Assembly (NCBI GenBank): GCA_017527155.1
Contig: JAFXQI010000026.1
Coordinates: forward strand, 883-64,882
Length of the DNA stretch: 64,000 bases
Source: Kiritimatiellia bacterium
GTDB lineage: Bacteria; Verrucomicrobiota; Kiritimatiellia; CAIQIC01; Lenti-01
Direction of reading: 5' to 3'
Every line of letters begins with the position of its first letter. Within the stretch, counting starts at the first letter, position 1. The position numbers and the translations under genes were made by a program. A model generated the notes under the pieces. The model saw only the letters and a list, made by a program, of their open reading frames with translations. It did not search any database and was not told the DNA's origin. This document shows, in pieces, positions 15,401 to 23,734 of this stretch.

Positions 15401-17085
15401 CCGGTGCCGTCGGCGTAGCTCATGGAGCGGTAGATCTTCGTCGCGACCCACAGCCCCAGGTGGTCGGTGCTGACCTCGCTCGCGGCCGCCTTCGTCCAGC
15501 TCGGGCGCAGGTTGTCGCCGATCTGGTTCGTCGAACTGCCGCCGAAGAGCACGCACTTGTTGTCGGCCGACTTGCTGCGCATCCCGGCCCAGCCCGTGAA
15601 GGGGTCTTTCAGGCTCGCCCGCATCAGGTCCGTCCGGTACGAGTCGCCCATCTTCCCGATCGCCTCCTCCGTCAGCGCCGCCGCCGGGATCTCGTTCGTC
15701 GCGTACCACGCCAGATCGAAGCACCCCGCCGTGTTGTTGTGCAGGTTGAACGTGTTGTAGATGCCGGAGACGAACCAGCTGTTGTCGTCCGGCCCCGAGT
15801 ACTTGATCCACGTCGGGTTCGCCCCCTGCGCCCCGAGGTGCGGACTGCCGAGCGTGACGAGGCGGTGGACCTTCGCCGCGAACTGCGTGTTGACGTTCAT
15901 CGCGTAGCGGCTCACCAGCCCGCCCATGCTGTGGGCCATCACGACCACCTGGCGGCCCTCGAACTCCGGATGCCGGGTGTAGAAATTGTTGAGGAAGTTC
16001 GCGAACCGCACGCCGTTCGTGCTGATGTTGTCGCGCGAGTCGTACACGTAGCGGTAGACGCGGAACATGCTCGAAAGCGGCGCCTGGTTGAAGTAGCCCA
16101 GCGGCGCGTTCGTGTCCGCGTTCATCCACCCGTACCAGTAGTTCAGCGTGTTCGGCTTCGCGTCGCCGCTCATCCCGTGGACCAGGATGATCGGGATCCG
16201 GTCGTCCGTCAGCGTCACCTTCCCGCTCGACGCCCCGCGCAGGCCGGGGTCGCTCGTGCTCTCGTTGTCGTAGTAGAAATCGTTCTTCGCGCTCCCGTAG
16301 CTCGGCGCCATCCGGTCGTTGCTGACCAGCAGCATCACGCCGTCCGCCTCGCCGCTGTCCCCCTCGCAGCTGTACGCCCCCTCGGTCGCGCTCGCCTTGA
16401 AATAGTACTTGCCCGACGCCCACGACGCCTTCATCGTCCGGTTGAAGAAATACGTCCCGCCCGAATACTGCACCGTCGTCGTGTACGTCCCCACCTGGCT
16501 GTCGAACCCCGTCTTCGACTGCCACACCTCCAGCGTCACCGTCCGCCCCGCCGCCAGGTTCGCGCACTCGCCGTAGACCGACACCCAGTCGTTGCTCGAA
16601 ACATCCAGCGGCTGCAGCCACTTCAGGTCCGAGAAGGCCGGCTGGCCCTGCACCGTGAACTTCACGCTCTTCGAGTTGTTCCCCTCGTTGCTCTCGGCGA
16701 TCGCGTTCCCGCCGTCCGCCACGCACGTGATGTAGTAGATGCCCGGCGTCGTGCTCGCGGGAATTGTCCAGCTCAGCGTGTCCGGCTCTTCCTCGCCCTT
16801 GTCGATGCCGTTGACCTCCTGGTAGTTCGGCGTCGCGCCCGAGCCGATCTTCTGCGCCCGGGGATTGCTGGCGGTCCCCCAGTAATAATACACGTCGCAG
16901 TACTTCCACCAGCCCGTCGCGTCCCCGTTGTTGCGCGTCACGCTGTCGATCGTGATCTTCGTGCCCGGGATCGCCTTGTTCGTCGAAAGCGAAATCGACG
17001 AAATCACCAGATCCGGCGCCGCCATCGCCGCCGCCGCCAGCCCCCAGAACGCCCCCGCCGCCAGAACCTTCGCGAATTCCTTCAT
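12448..17085 (-). CDS. secreted 1545-aa CARDB / alpha-beta-hydrolase (lipase, PGAP1-like) / cadherin-repeat protein
   Basis: GGAGG RBS then ATG 17085, followed by a signal peptide. CARDB-like N-domain. IPIILVHGMSGD and GxSxG VVVMAHSMGG (Ser codon ~15928-15930). Two cadherin-like repeats (SAYDEDGDALTYAL, SAVDADAGDEVTYSL). FN3-like modules. Confidence 0.85.
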   Translation of the reverse strand: MKEFAKVLAAGAFWGLAAAAMAAPDLVISSISLSTNKAIPGTKITIDSVTRNNGDATGWWKYCDVYYYWGTASNPRAQKIGSGATPNYQEVNGIDKGEEEPDTLSWTIPASTTPGIYYITCVADGGNAIAESNEGNNSKSVKFTVQGQPAFSDLKWLQPLDVSSNDWVSVYGECANLAAGRTVTLEVWQSKTGFDSQVGTYTTTVQYSGGTYFFNRTMKASWASGKYYFKASATEGAYSCEGDSGEADGVMLLVSNDRMAPSYGSAKNDFYYDNESTSDPGLRGASSGKVTLTDDRIPIILVHGMSGDAKPNTLNYWYGWMNADTNAPLGYFNQAPLSSMFRVYRYVYDSRDNISTNGVRFANFLNNFYTRHPEFEGRQVVVMAHSMGGLVSRYAMNVNTQFAAKVHRLVTLGSPHLGAQGANPTWIKYSGPDDNSWFVSGIYNTFNLHNNTAGCFDLAWYATNEIPAAALTEEAIGKMGDSYRTDLMRASLKDPFTGWAGMRSKSADNKCVLFGGSSTNQIGDNLRPSWTKAAASEVSTDHLGLWVATKIYRSMSYADGTGVGDNDGLVPLISALMSDSLSCAKASDRNAHPTAAKFNLNAMDGQQVDHASYLDVPVTMDAVKAVLLTQVRGYCQPAAAVSAGAAWRLVDNVTGETSPWQRTGVRLPALVPGRSYTVNFKSISEYTKPKDVTFTATKAVTRQVSGTYLTASESNHAPSGLSLSNASVEENAPIGTVVGTLSAYDEDGDALTYALVAGDGDTGNACFSIEGNKLKTAQVFDYEQYPQHFCRIRASDGNGAYTDEAFTIDVIDVDERTPAQETGDAWLNLSWAAVPGADYYEVDVSAGSTDSIYTTPNRSLGTNQFLDGQYWRYEAPGGATTTTEGSVKTSPCWFTYGTTNAHGLFGTNGVALVTRDLPLLGASAVAIDFQNANWNGKGTAAVSRVDAYYRVDGGEWQFIGYNQSKATGDGGETNYWGELVFMPEGAATVAFKLEAPNAWRDSYQRGPYVTTATASLYGQGEFADANVHLEGYPRYVNVTNIQVQNLPAGEPYWWHVRANVNGEWVDVGYGHRKTEDTVPAPTGLSVATASSTELTATWTDPGLVDHFEVQLTPVVAAGTPKDLESVPNVNLSGSANKSGWFYSANHVQVSSNWICATTNTDWDYHGLVVAPAPGIQSPALDLSGCESATLRFVARTRGGDNGETGKPIVLYYKVPGGAWTEAGRVTTNSIYINNNNYLHIDLPAVALVDGVALELGVPDATTSSLWSGYGNGVRNVTLQTVGAPAPDYGAETAIALEPVPAPLADAVEEEATATATAKGLDMNTAYYVHVRSVDAWGHASAWVEASGRTAAASAPSAISLSSRSIRENNAVGAYIGLLSAVDADAGDEVTYSLADGEGADDNALVELSGATVRAAASFRAADAAVRRIRVRATDAQGLWTEASFDLEVLASATPPAGVLVDAETLAAMSAACGVRITAVEGDGAGGVKTAWEDAAPDGARAVRRYDIYVSTNLAEGFTFLQRVEGTEATVPLDGPAKFWTVLAAE

Positions 17086-17115
17086 CGTCAAACCTCCGTC
17101 AACAAACCCACCGCA

Positions 17116-17148
17116 ACTTTTCACTTTTCACTCTTCACTTTTCACTCC
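17116..17148. repeat. 7-8-nt micro-tandem repeat
   Basis: CTTTTCAC TTTTCAC TCTTCAC TTTTCAC in the 56-nt gap between two operon genes; no complementary arm nearby. Confidence 0.6.
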
Positions 17149-17831
17149 GCAGCGCGGACCGCCGCCTTCCGCTGCGCCTGCCGCACCCGGGACGCGGCCG
17201 CGCCCCAGCGTGCCTTCGCCGCCGCCGCCGCTTCCGCGTCGGCCTCTTCCGCCAGCTTCTTCAAATCATCCGGCAGCACCTCCCGCTCCGCCTCGGCGGC
17301 CGCCTTGCGCGCCGCCGCCGCTTTCCTGAGCGCCGCCAGCTTGCCGCCCCCGCGCGCCCCGGCCGGAGCCGGAGCCGCATACCGGATGTCCCCCGCCCCG
17401 AGCCGCACCGCCTCCCCCCTCCACCCGTCCTTCGTCCCCTCCTGGTACCAGTCCGCCAGCCCGCGGAAATGCCGGAAAACCAGCGAATCCGTGTCATTGC
17501 CCCCCGTCACGATGGTCGCCGTCGAGCCATACAGCTCCGACTCCCCGTCATCCCCGACTTCCCCATCCGCGACGGCCGCCCGCACGGCCCCCGCCTCCGC
17601 ATACCGCGACCCTTCCAGCGCGAACACGAACCCCCACGCCGCGACGCCGCCCTCCCCGTCCCGGACCGCCACCGCATCCGCCGGAACCCACCCCTCCCCC
17701 GGAAACGCCTTTTCAACCCCCTCCGCCGCAACCGCTTGCGCCACATCCTGCCCGATTTGGGCCCCCATCGCCCCGCCTGCCAGCATCAACGCCAGAAAAC
17801 CAATCGCCCATTTGTTCACGAATGCTACCAT
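17142..17831 (-). CDS. secreted/membrane-anchored hypothetical protein with Ala/Lys/Glu-rich coiled C-terminus
   Basis: GGAGG RBS then ATG 17831. MVAFVNKWAIGFLALMLAGGAMGA signal or anchor. No recognisable domain. Confidence 0.6.
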   Translation of the reverse strand: MVAFVNKWAIGFLALMLAGGAMGAQIGQDVAQAVAAEGVEKAFPGEGWVPADAVAVRDGEGGVAAWGFVFALEGSRYAEAGAVRAAVADGEVGDDGESELYGSTATIVTGGNDTDSLVFRHFRGLADWYQEGTKDGWRGEAVRLGAGDIRYAAPAPAGARGGGKLAALRKAAAARKAAAEAEREVLPDDLKKLAEEADAEAAAAAKARWGAAASRVRQAQRKAAVRAAE

Positions 17832-17945
17832 ACTGACCTCCGTTTTCAACCCGTCCATCTTCCCACAATCCCCCTCCCCTGCCAAGCCCAAACTCTCTCG
17901 CGCGGGTACGCTTCTTTTGGGCACCCCATTTCCCCCCCGCCCGGA

Positions 17946-18890
17946 TCAGCCCCTGTCTTCCGTTTCCGCCGTGTCCTCGGCCACCAGGTACAGCGGCCGC
18001 CCCTTCCCCTCTTCGTAGATGCGGCTGACGTACTGTCCCAGCAGACCGATGCTCACCAGCTGCGCCCCACCCAGGAACACCACCACCGCGATGATCGACG
18101 CCCAGCCTTTTTCCAGCGTCTCGGGGCGGAATATCGCCGTCCAGATCACGTACAGCGTCCACACCCCCGCCACCGCGCACACCCCCACGCCGAAGAGCGC
18201 GATCCACCGCAGAGGCGACGCGCTGAAGGACGTGATGGCGTCGAACGCCAGCTTGGCGCTCTTCCACACCGGGTACTTCGTCTCCCCCGCGAACCGCGCC
18301 GCCCGGTCGTATTCCACCGCCGCCTGCTTGTACCCCACCCAGCACGTCAGGCCGCGCATGAAGCGGTGCAGCTCGCGCATCTTCTTGAGCGAGTCCACCA
18401 CCCGGCGGCTCACCAACCGGAAATCCCCCGCATCCATCGGCACCTCCACCTTCGCCAGGCGGTGGAACACCCGGTAGAACCCCGCCGCCAGGAACTTCTT
18501 CATCCACGTCTCCCCCCTGCGGCTCCGGCGAACGGCGTAGACCACGTCCGCCCCGCCCTCCCACGCCGCGATCAGCTCGGGAATCACTTCCGGCGGGTCC
18601 TGCAAATCGGCGTCCATGACGACCACCGCGTCGCCGACGGCCCGGTCCAGCCCTGCCGTGATGGCGTACTGGTGACCGAAATTCCGCGACAGGCGGACCA
18701 CCCGCAGGTGCGGCTCCTCCCGGGTCCTGGCCACGGCCCACTCCGCACTGCCGTCGGTCGAGCCGTCGTCCACGAGCAGCAGCTCCCAGTCCTCCGGGCG
18801 CGCCGCGAACACGGCCGCCACCCGCGCCACCAGCTCCGGCAGCGACTCCTTCTCGTCCAAAAATGGCACCACGACCGATATCGTCTTCAT
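17946..18890 (-). CDS. family 2 glycosyltransferase (polyprenyl-phosphate sugar transferase, GtrB/DPM1-like)
   Basis: MKTISVVVPFLDEKESL...LLLVDDGSTDGS...VVMDADLQDPPE, plus two C-terminal TM helices. Confidence 0.88.
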   Translation of the reverse strand: MKTISVVVPFLDEKESLPELVARVAAVFAARPEDWELLLVDDGSTDGSAEWAVARTREEPHLRVVRLSRNFGHQYAITAGLDRAVGDAVVVMDADLQDPPEVIPELIAAWEGGADVVYAVRRSRRGETWMKKFLAAGFYRVFHRLAKVEVPMDAGDFRLVSRRVVDSLKKMRELHRFMRGLTCWVGYKQAAVEYDRAARFAGETKYPVWKSAKLAFDAITSFSASPLRWIALFGVGVCAVAGVWTLYVIWTAIFRPETLEKGWASIIAVVVFLGGAQLVSIGLLGQYVSRIYEEGKGRPLYLVAEDTAETEDRG

Positions 18891-18958
18891 GCCCCCATCC
18901 CCTACCACATCCCCCGCCCGCCTTCAATCCCGCGCTTCGCCCTGCGCGCCTCCCCCGC

Positions 18959-19020
18959 TTTTGGAAACAGGAAAAATCCCTGCATTTTCCCCCTCTTCCA
19001 CCCCATCCTCCACGACCATG
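18959..19020 (+). promoter_or_regulatory. UE family copy upstream of pseudopilin-like gene
   Basis: TTTTGGAAACAGGAAAAAT-N7-ATTTTCC...CCACGACCATGAAC; the gene ATG lies 69 nt further downstream. Confidence 0.5.
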
Positions 19021-19088
19021 AACGACACCCCGTGAACCATTCCCCGCCCCCCGGCGTTTTATCTTCGAAAGCAACCGAGGAACCCGCC

Positions 19089-20192
19089 ATGCAGAACAAC
19101 CACCCCCTCTCCGCCCCCCGCCGCGCCGCCGCCGCCGGCTTCACGCTCATCGAGCTGATCATCGTCGTCGCCATCCTGGCGTTCGTGGCGATGGTCGGCC
19201 TGCGCGGCTACGCGAACCTCCGCGAGACCCAGGCCCGCAAGGTCAACATCTCCAACATCAAGCGCGTCGCCCACTCCCTGGCCACCTACGAAGCCATCCA
19301 CCGGGAGCAGGGCACGGGCGGCTACTTCGACAACTTCGACTCGCTGGTGGACGTCGCCTCCTCCGGCGCCTGGACCGGCACGCAGGGCACCCTCGACTGG
19401 GGGACCGTCTCCGGCGGCTCCGTCGACGCCCGCACGGTCCACGGCGGCCTCGGCATCTACGACGGCTCCTGGAAGGTCCTCGGCCCCCTCTACAACGCCG
19501 CCGGCGAAGGCTCCGGCAACACGGCGACCCTCGACGAAGCCATGGACGCCAACCGCGGCATGCGCGACACCGGCCTCTACAAGTCGCTCGGCATCTACTA
19601 CCTCTCCACCAACGACGTCGCCCTCCTCCGCAACGCCGGCATCGTGCAGATCCTCCTGCACAACCCCTCCACCCAGCAGGCCTACGGCTCCCGCCGCAAC
19701 GGCTACTGCACCGCGATGGACGACAACGGCTTCACCGCCGACGGACTCAAGACCCCCGGCGGCGGCGGACCCGGCTTCCGTCCCGACATGAGCGCGTTCT
19801 ATCCCGTCCGGGTCACCAACGGCATCCCCGTCGCGGTCATCCGCCCCAACTCGACCATCTACAACGACCTCGGATACCAGAACGTCTTCACCAACGCCTC
19901 CCCCTCCGCCGCCGACCTCACCGCCGCCGTCTCCGGCCAGACGACCAAGCTCGTCGCCTTCGGCATCGGCCAGAACGCCGAATGCGTGAAGAACGCAATC
20001 GGCCTCGGCGACGCCCCCTACAACCCCTCCTTCGACAAGAAGAACTACCGCCCCTACATCGCCGTCTTCGCCCTCACCACCCGCGGCCAGGGAACCCCCT
20101 CCACCTGCCACCTCGCGGGCGTGATCGACTGCGCCGGCAACACCGCCCGCGCCGCCGAATACGCCGTCAACTGGACCAGCTCGCTCGACTGA
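19089..20192 (+). CDS. prepilin-type N-terminal cleavage/methylation domain protein (367 aa)
   Basis: AAGFTLIELIIVVAILAFVAMVGL is a canonical G/FTLIE motif. The large C-terminal globular part is of unknown fold. Confidence 0.85.
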   Translation: MQNNHPLSAPRRAAAAGFTLIELIIVVAILAFVAMVGLRGYANLRETQARKVNISNIKRVAHSLATYEAIHREQGTGGYFDNFDSLVDVASSGAWTGTQGTLDWGTVSGGSVDARTVHGGLGIYDGSWKVLGPLYNAAGEGSGNTATLDEAMDANRGMRDTGLYKSLGIYYLSTNDVALLRNAGIVQILLHNPSTQQAYGSRRNGYCTAMDDNGFTADGLKTPGGGGPGFRPDMSAFYPVRVTNGIPVAVIRPNSTIYNDLGYQNVFTNASPSAADLTAAVSGQTTKLVAFGIGQNAECVKNAIGLGDAPYNPSFDKKNYRPYIAVFALTTRGQGTPSTCHLAGVIDCAGNTARAAEYAVNWTSSLD

Positions 20193-20235
20193 GGGCGGAG
20201 CGGGGGGGGCGCCGGAGGGGCGCGGGAAGGGAGAT

Positions 20236-20270
20236 TCGACTGCAATCGAGTGCAATCGACTGCAATCGAT
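20236..20270. repeat. tandem 10-nt palindromic repeat R10
   Basis: TCGAC TGCAA TCGAG TGCAA TCGAC TGCAA TCGAT, between convergent stops at 20192 (+) and 20310 (-). Confidence 0.7.
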
Positions 20271-20309
20271 TTTCTTGCGGCGGGCGCACCCCTCCCGCCC
20301 CACCACCTC

Positions 20310-23300
20310 TCACAAATCCAGCAGTTCCTGGACGTCCTGCCAGGTCATTTCCGGCAGGGTGAGCGGGCCGCTGGTGGCGTCGAGGGTGGCGTCGTAGAGG
20401 CGCTGCTTCTTGCGCTGGAGGGCCAGGACGCGCTCCTCGACGGTGTCCTGGGCGATGAGCTTGACGCTGTAGACGGTGCGCTTCTGCCCGATGCGGTAGG
20501 CGCGGTCGGTCGCCTGGTTCTCCACGGCCGGGTTCCACCACGGATCGAAGTGGATGACCATGTCGGCGCCCGTCAGGTTCAACCCCGTGCCGCCCGCCTT
20601 GAGGCTGATGAGGAAGACCGGTATCGACGCGTCCTGGTTGAACTGCCGCACGATGTCGAGGCGGTTCTGCGTGGATCCGTCGAGGTAGCAGTACCGCAGC
20701 CCCCGCCGCTCCAGCGCCTCCCGCAGGATCGTCAGCATGGACACGAACTGCGAGAAGACGAGCACCCGGTGCCCGCCGTCGACCGCTTCGTCCAGCAGCT
20801 CGAAGAAGAGGTCCATCTTGGCCGACGGCTCCGCGCTGTCGAGGCCTTCGAGCTTGAGCAGGCCGAGATGGCAGCAGACCTGCCGCAGGCGCAGCAGCGT
20901 GTTGAGGATCTCGAACTTGCTCTTGCGGAAGCCCTGGCCGGCGACGAGTTCGGCGACCTTGCGCTGCGACTCTTCGAGGAGGGCGGCGTAGACCTTCTTC
21001 TGGTCGTTGGTGAGGGGGCATACGGCGACGCGCTCGATCTTGGGCGGCAGCTCCTTCGCGACGTCCTTCTTGAGCCGCCGCAGCAGGAACGGCTGCAGCT
21101 TGCGGTGGAGCCGCCACTGGGCGAGTTCGCCTTCGGGACCGCCCTGCTGGATGGGCTGCTCGACGTTGGCCCGGAACAGGACGTGGTCCCCGAGGTAGCC
21201 GGGCATGAGGAAATCCATGATGGACCAGAGGTCGCTGACGCCGTTCTCGATGGGCGTGCCGGTCAGCACCAGCCGGTGGACGGCGCGGACGCGCTTGGCG
21301 GCGAGGGAGTTCTGGGTGGAGCGGTTCTTGATGTGCTGGGCCTCGTCGAGGACGGCGGCGGCGAACTCGATGGTTTCCCATTTGTCGATGTCGCGGCGCA
21401 GCAGCGCGTACGACGTGATGGCGACGTCGCATCCGGGAATCTCCGCCCACCGCGCGTGCCGGTCGGCGCCGGTCATGACGCACAGGCGCAGGTCCGGCGT
21501 GAAGCGCGCGGCCTCGGCGGCCCAGTTCTCGACGAGGCTGGTGGGGCATACGATGAGCGCGGGCTTGTGCCCGCTGCCGCCGCTCCCGCCCTTGAGCAGC
21601 ATGGAGAGCCACACGAGCGTCTGCAAGGTCTTGCCGAGGCCCATTTCGTCGGCGAGGATGCCGCCGAAGCGGTTGCGTTCGAGATAGCGGAGCCAGCGGA
21701 CGCCGTCCTTCTGGTAGGGGCGCAGCAGCGTCTCGAAGCGGGCCTCCAGGGGCGCGGGCTCGGCCGGGGCGAGGCGGCGGTTGGCGCGGTCGGCCTCGCG
21801 GAGCCAGTCCGGCGGCGCCTCGATGTCGACGCCGTCGAGCGCGCGCAGGGTGCTCGCGACGTAGGCCGAATAGACGGGCGCGAGACGGAAGCTCCCCGGC
21901 CGCCGCCCCGGTCCCGACGCGCAGTCGCCGAACACGCTCTGCAGCGCGTGGATGGCTTCGCCGTCGATGAGCACCGGCCGCCCGTCCTTCTCGACGTAGG
22001 AGTCGCCGACCAGCAGCGCCCGCTGGATCTCCGCCGGGGCCAGCCCGACGCCGTTCGCGTCGTAATCGAAGCGCACCTCGAACCAGCCCTGGCCGCCCGC
22101 CACCGGATCGATGTGCACCACCGGCGTCGCGTACACCGCCTCGTCCGCCAGCGGCGCGATCCGCCCCTCGAACTCCACCCGCCACCCCTGCCGCCGCAGG
22201 TGCGGGACCGCGCGGCCGAGGAAATTCGTGACTTCCCGCGTCCCGACGACCGCCGGCAGGTCGTCCCCCGGCGTCGCGCGCAGGCCGAAGGCGGCGAGCG
22301 AATCGCGCGCCTGGAACTCCGCGGGCAGGTTCCGCACCGTGTAGCGGAGCAGGTCGTCCGGGTCGGGATGCGCGAACGACCCGCGCGGCGCCGGACGCCC
22401 CGCCGGGACCTCCAGATCCCCGTACACCGCCACCAGCGACGGCGCCAGGCTCGCCGGACTCCCCTTCAGCCGCAGGCAGAACTTCGGCGTCTCCGGCTCG
22501 AACGCGAACAGCTCCGCCTCCACCTCCGCCGCCACCGGCAGCAGCACCTTCAGCCGCGGCAGCTCCTCGCGCACGAAGCGCGGCACCATCGGCCGCGGAA
22601 TCCGCACGTCCCGGCGGTAGATTTCCCAGTACGGCTCCGGCAGCACCTTCGCCAGCGGACGGAACCGGCCGCCCGCGAACACCCATCCCGCCTTCCCCGC
22701 CGTCCAGTACGCCGGACGCTCCCCCTCCCGCGCCCCCGGCACCGGCGTGTCCAGCTTCAGCAGCAGCTCCCCCGTATCGTGATCCAGATCCACCCGCAGC
22801 GTGCTCGCCGCCGCCTCCGCCTCCACCGGCCACTCCCCGCCGCCCGGCGACCGCACCGACCGCCCGCGCAGCAGGCCCAGGATGTTCATGAAGTCCGCCG
22901 CCTTCATCTCCAGCCGGTCCGGCAGCTTCGCCGCCGCGATCTCCTCCAGCACGAACAGCAGATCCTCGTCCGCCTGCGACACCCCCAGCGTCACCGACCG
23001 CGGGAAATCCGCCACCGACCGCCTCTCCGCGCCGCGCACCAGCCGGATCCCCACCGGCGTCGTCCCCGCCGCCGCCCGCCGCGCCTCCCAGTCGCCCTCC
23101 ATCGATATCTCCACCCCGCACGGCACCGCCCCCGGCGTCCCCGGCCGCGCGCAGGTGAAGAACTCGTGCGCCTCCTCCCGCTGCTTCACCGCCGCCGCGT
23201 GGCGCTGCTCCTCCAGCACCTTGCGGTCGTGTTCCGGGTCCGTGTTCCGCACCACCAGCGCCATCCCCAGCGCGATCACGTGCGAGCAGATGATGCCCCT

Positions 23301-23507
23301 CTCCACGTTGTCCCGGCACGGACACCGGTTGTCGCACGACCCGTCCGGAAGGATCTTCGCCGCCGTCTTGATGGTCCGCGTCCCCCACGTGATGGTCCCC
23401 CGTATGAACGGCGGCTCGTACACGCCCCCCTGGACCTGGCCGTGCTCGAAGAGGAGCCGGGCGTCGCGGAAAACCGACGGCCCGCCCCAGTCCTGGAGCG
23501 TTTTCAT
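20310..23507 (-). CDS. SNF2-family helicase with N-terminal SWIM zinc finger
   Basis: SWIM CPCRDNVERGIICSHVIAL. ILADEMGLGKTLQTL, LDEAQHIKN, LTGTPIEN, FLISLKAGGTGLNLTGADMVIHFDPWWNPAVENQATDRAYRIGQ. Start at ATG 23507 (MKTLQDW). Confidence 0.92.
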   Translation of the reverse strand: MKTLQDWGGPSVFRDARLLFEHGQVQGGVYEPPFIRGTITWGTRTIKTAAKILPDGSCDNRCPCRDNVERGIICSHVIALGMALVVRNTDPEHDRKVLEEQRHAAAVKQREEAHEFFTCARPGTPGAVPCGVEISMEGDWEARRAAAGTTPVGIRLVRGAERRSVADFPRSVTLGVSQADEDLLFVLEEIAAAKLPDRLEMKAADFMNILGLLRGRSVRSPGGGEWPVEAEAAASTLRVDLDHDTGELLLKLDTPVPGAREGERPAYWTAGKAGWVFAGGRFRPLAKVLPEPYWEIYRRDVRIPRPMVPRFVREELPRLKVLLPVAAEVEAELFAFEPETPKFCLRLKGSPASLAPSLVAVYGDLEVPAGRPAPRGSFAHPDPDDLLRYTVRNLPAEFQARDSLAAFGLRATPGDDLPAVVGTREVTNFLGRAVPHLRRQGWRVEFEGRIAPLADEAVYATPVVHIDPVAGGQGWFEVRFDYDANGVGLAPAEIQRALLVGDSYVEKDGRPVLIDGEAIHALQSVFGDCASGPGRRPGSFRLAPVYSAYVASTLRALDGVDIEAPPDWLREADRANRRLAPAEPAPLEARFETLLRPYQKDGVRWLRYLERNRFGGILADEMGLGKTLQTLVWLSMLLKGGSGGSGHKPALIVCPTSLVENWAAEAARFTPDLRLCVMTGADRHARWAEIPGCDVAITSYALLRRDIDKWETIEFAAAVLDEAQHIKNRSTQNSLAAKRVRAVHRLVLTGTPIENGVSDLWSIMDFLMPGYLGDHVLFRANVEQPIQQGGPEGELAQWRLHRKLQPFLLRRLKKDVAKELPPKIERVAVCPLTNDQKKVYAALLEESQRKVAELVAGQGFRKSKFEILNTLLRLRQVCCHLGLLKLEGLDSAEPSAKMDLFFELLDEAVDGGHRVLVFSQFVSMLTILREALERRGLRYCYLDGSTQNRLDIVRQFNQDASIPVFLISLKAGGTGLNLTGADMVIHFDPWWNPAVENQATDRAYRIGQKRTVYSVKLIAQDTVEERVLALQRKKQRLYDATLDATSGPLTLPEMTWQDVQELLDL

Positions 23508-23609
23508 GGTGAAAGGCAGTTTCAAGCGCAATCCATTCCTGCCGCAAACCCGCGGCAAGCCAAAACGCCAAGATACCCCACCCCCACCCCGGATTCAAGC
23601 GCGGAAGTT

Positions 23610-23667
23610 CATGGGCCGGACGGCGGCGGAAAACACGGGAATTCCCCGCATTTCCCTTGATATCCCG
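23610..23667 (-). promoter_or_regulatory. UE family copy upstream of SNF2 helicase gene
   Basis: Minus strand reads CGGGATATCAAGGGAAAT-N7-ATTCCC...TTTTCC...GGCCCATGAAC; the gene ATG lies ~100 nt downstream. Confidence 0.5.
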
Positions 23668-23734
23668 AATGGTTTCCCGCTCCCCTCCGCAGGGAAAGAC
23701 GCCGGATCGGACCGCCCGCCCGCCCCCGTTCCCG

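Noticed and set aside
12274-18018. 1914-aa ORF on the plus strand, plus the 660-aa and 743-aa minus-strand alternate-frame ORFs in the same region
   Set aside because: They lie antisense to, or out of frame with, the 1545-aa CARDB/lipase/cadherin gene, which has clear domain motifs, a signal peptide and an RBS. The rejected frames are Arg/Ala/Gly/Pro-dominated with no motifs.
18959-18990. Sigma-54 promoter reading of TTGGAAAC...TGCA in the upstream element
   Set aside because: The GG and GC dinucleotides are not at the 10-nt offset of TGGCAC-N5-TTGC, and two of the three 5' box variants lack the TGG entirely.
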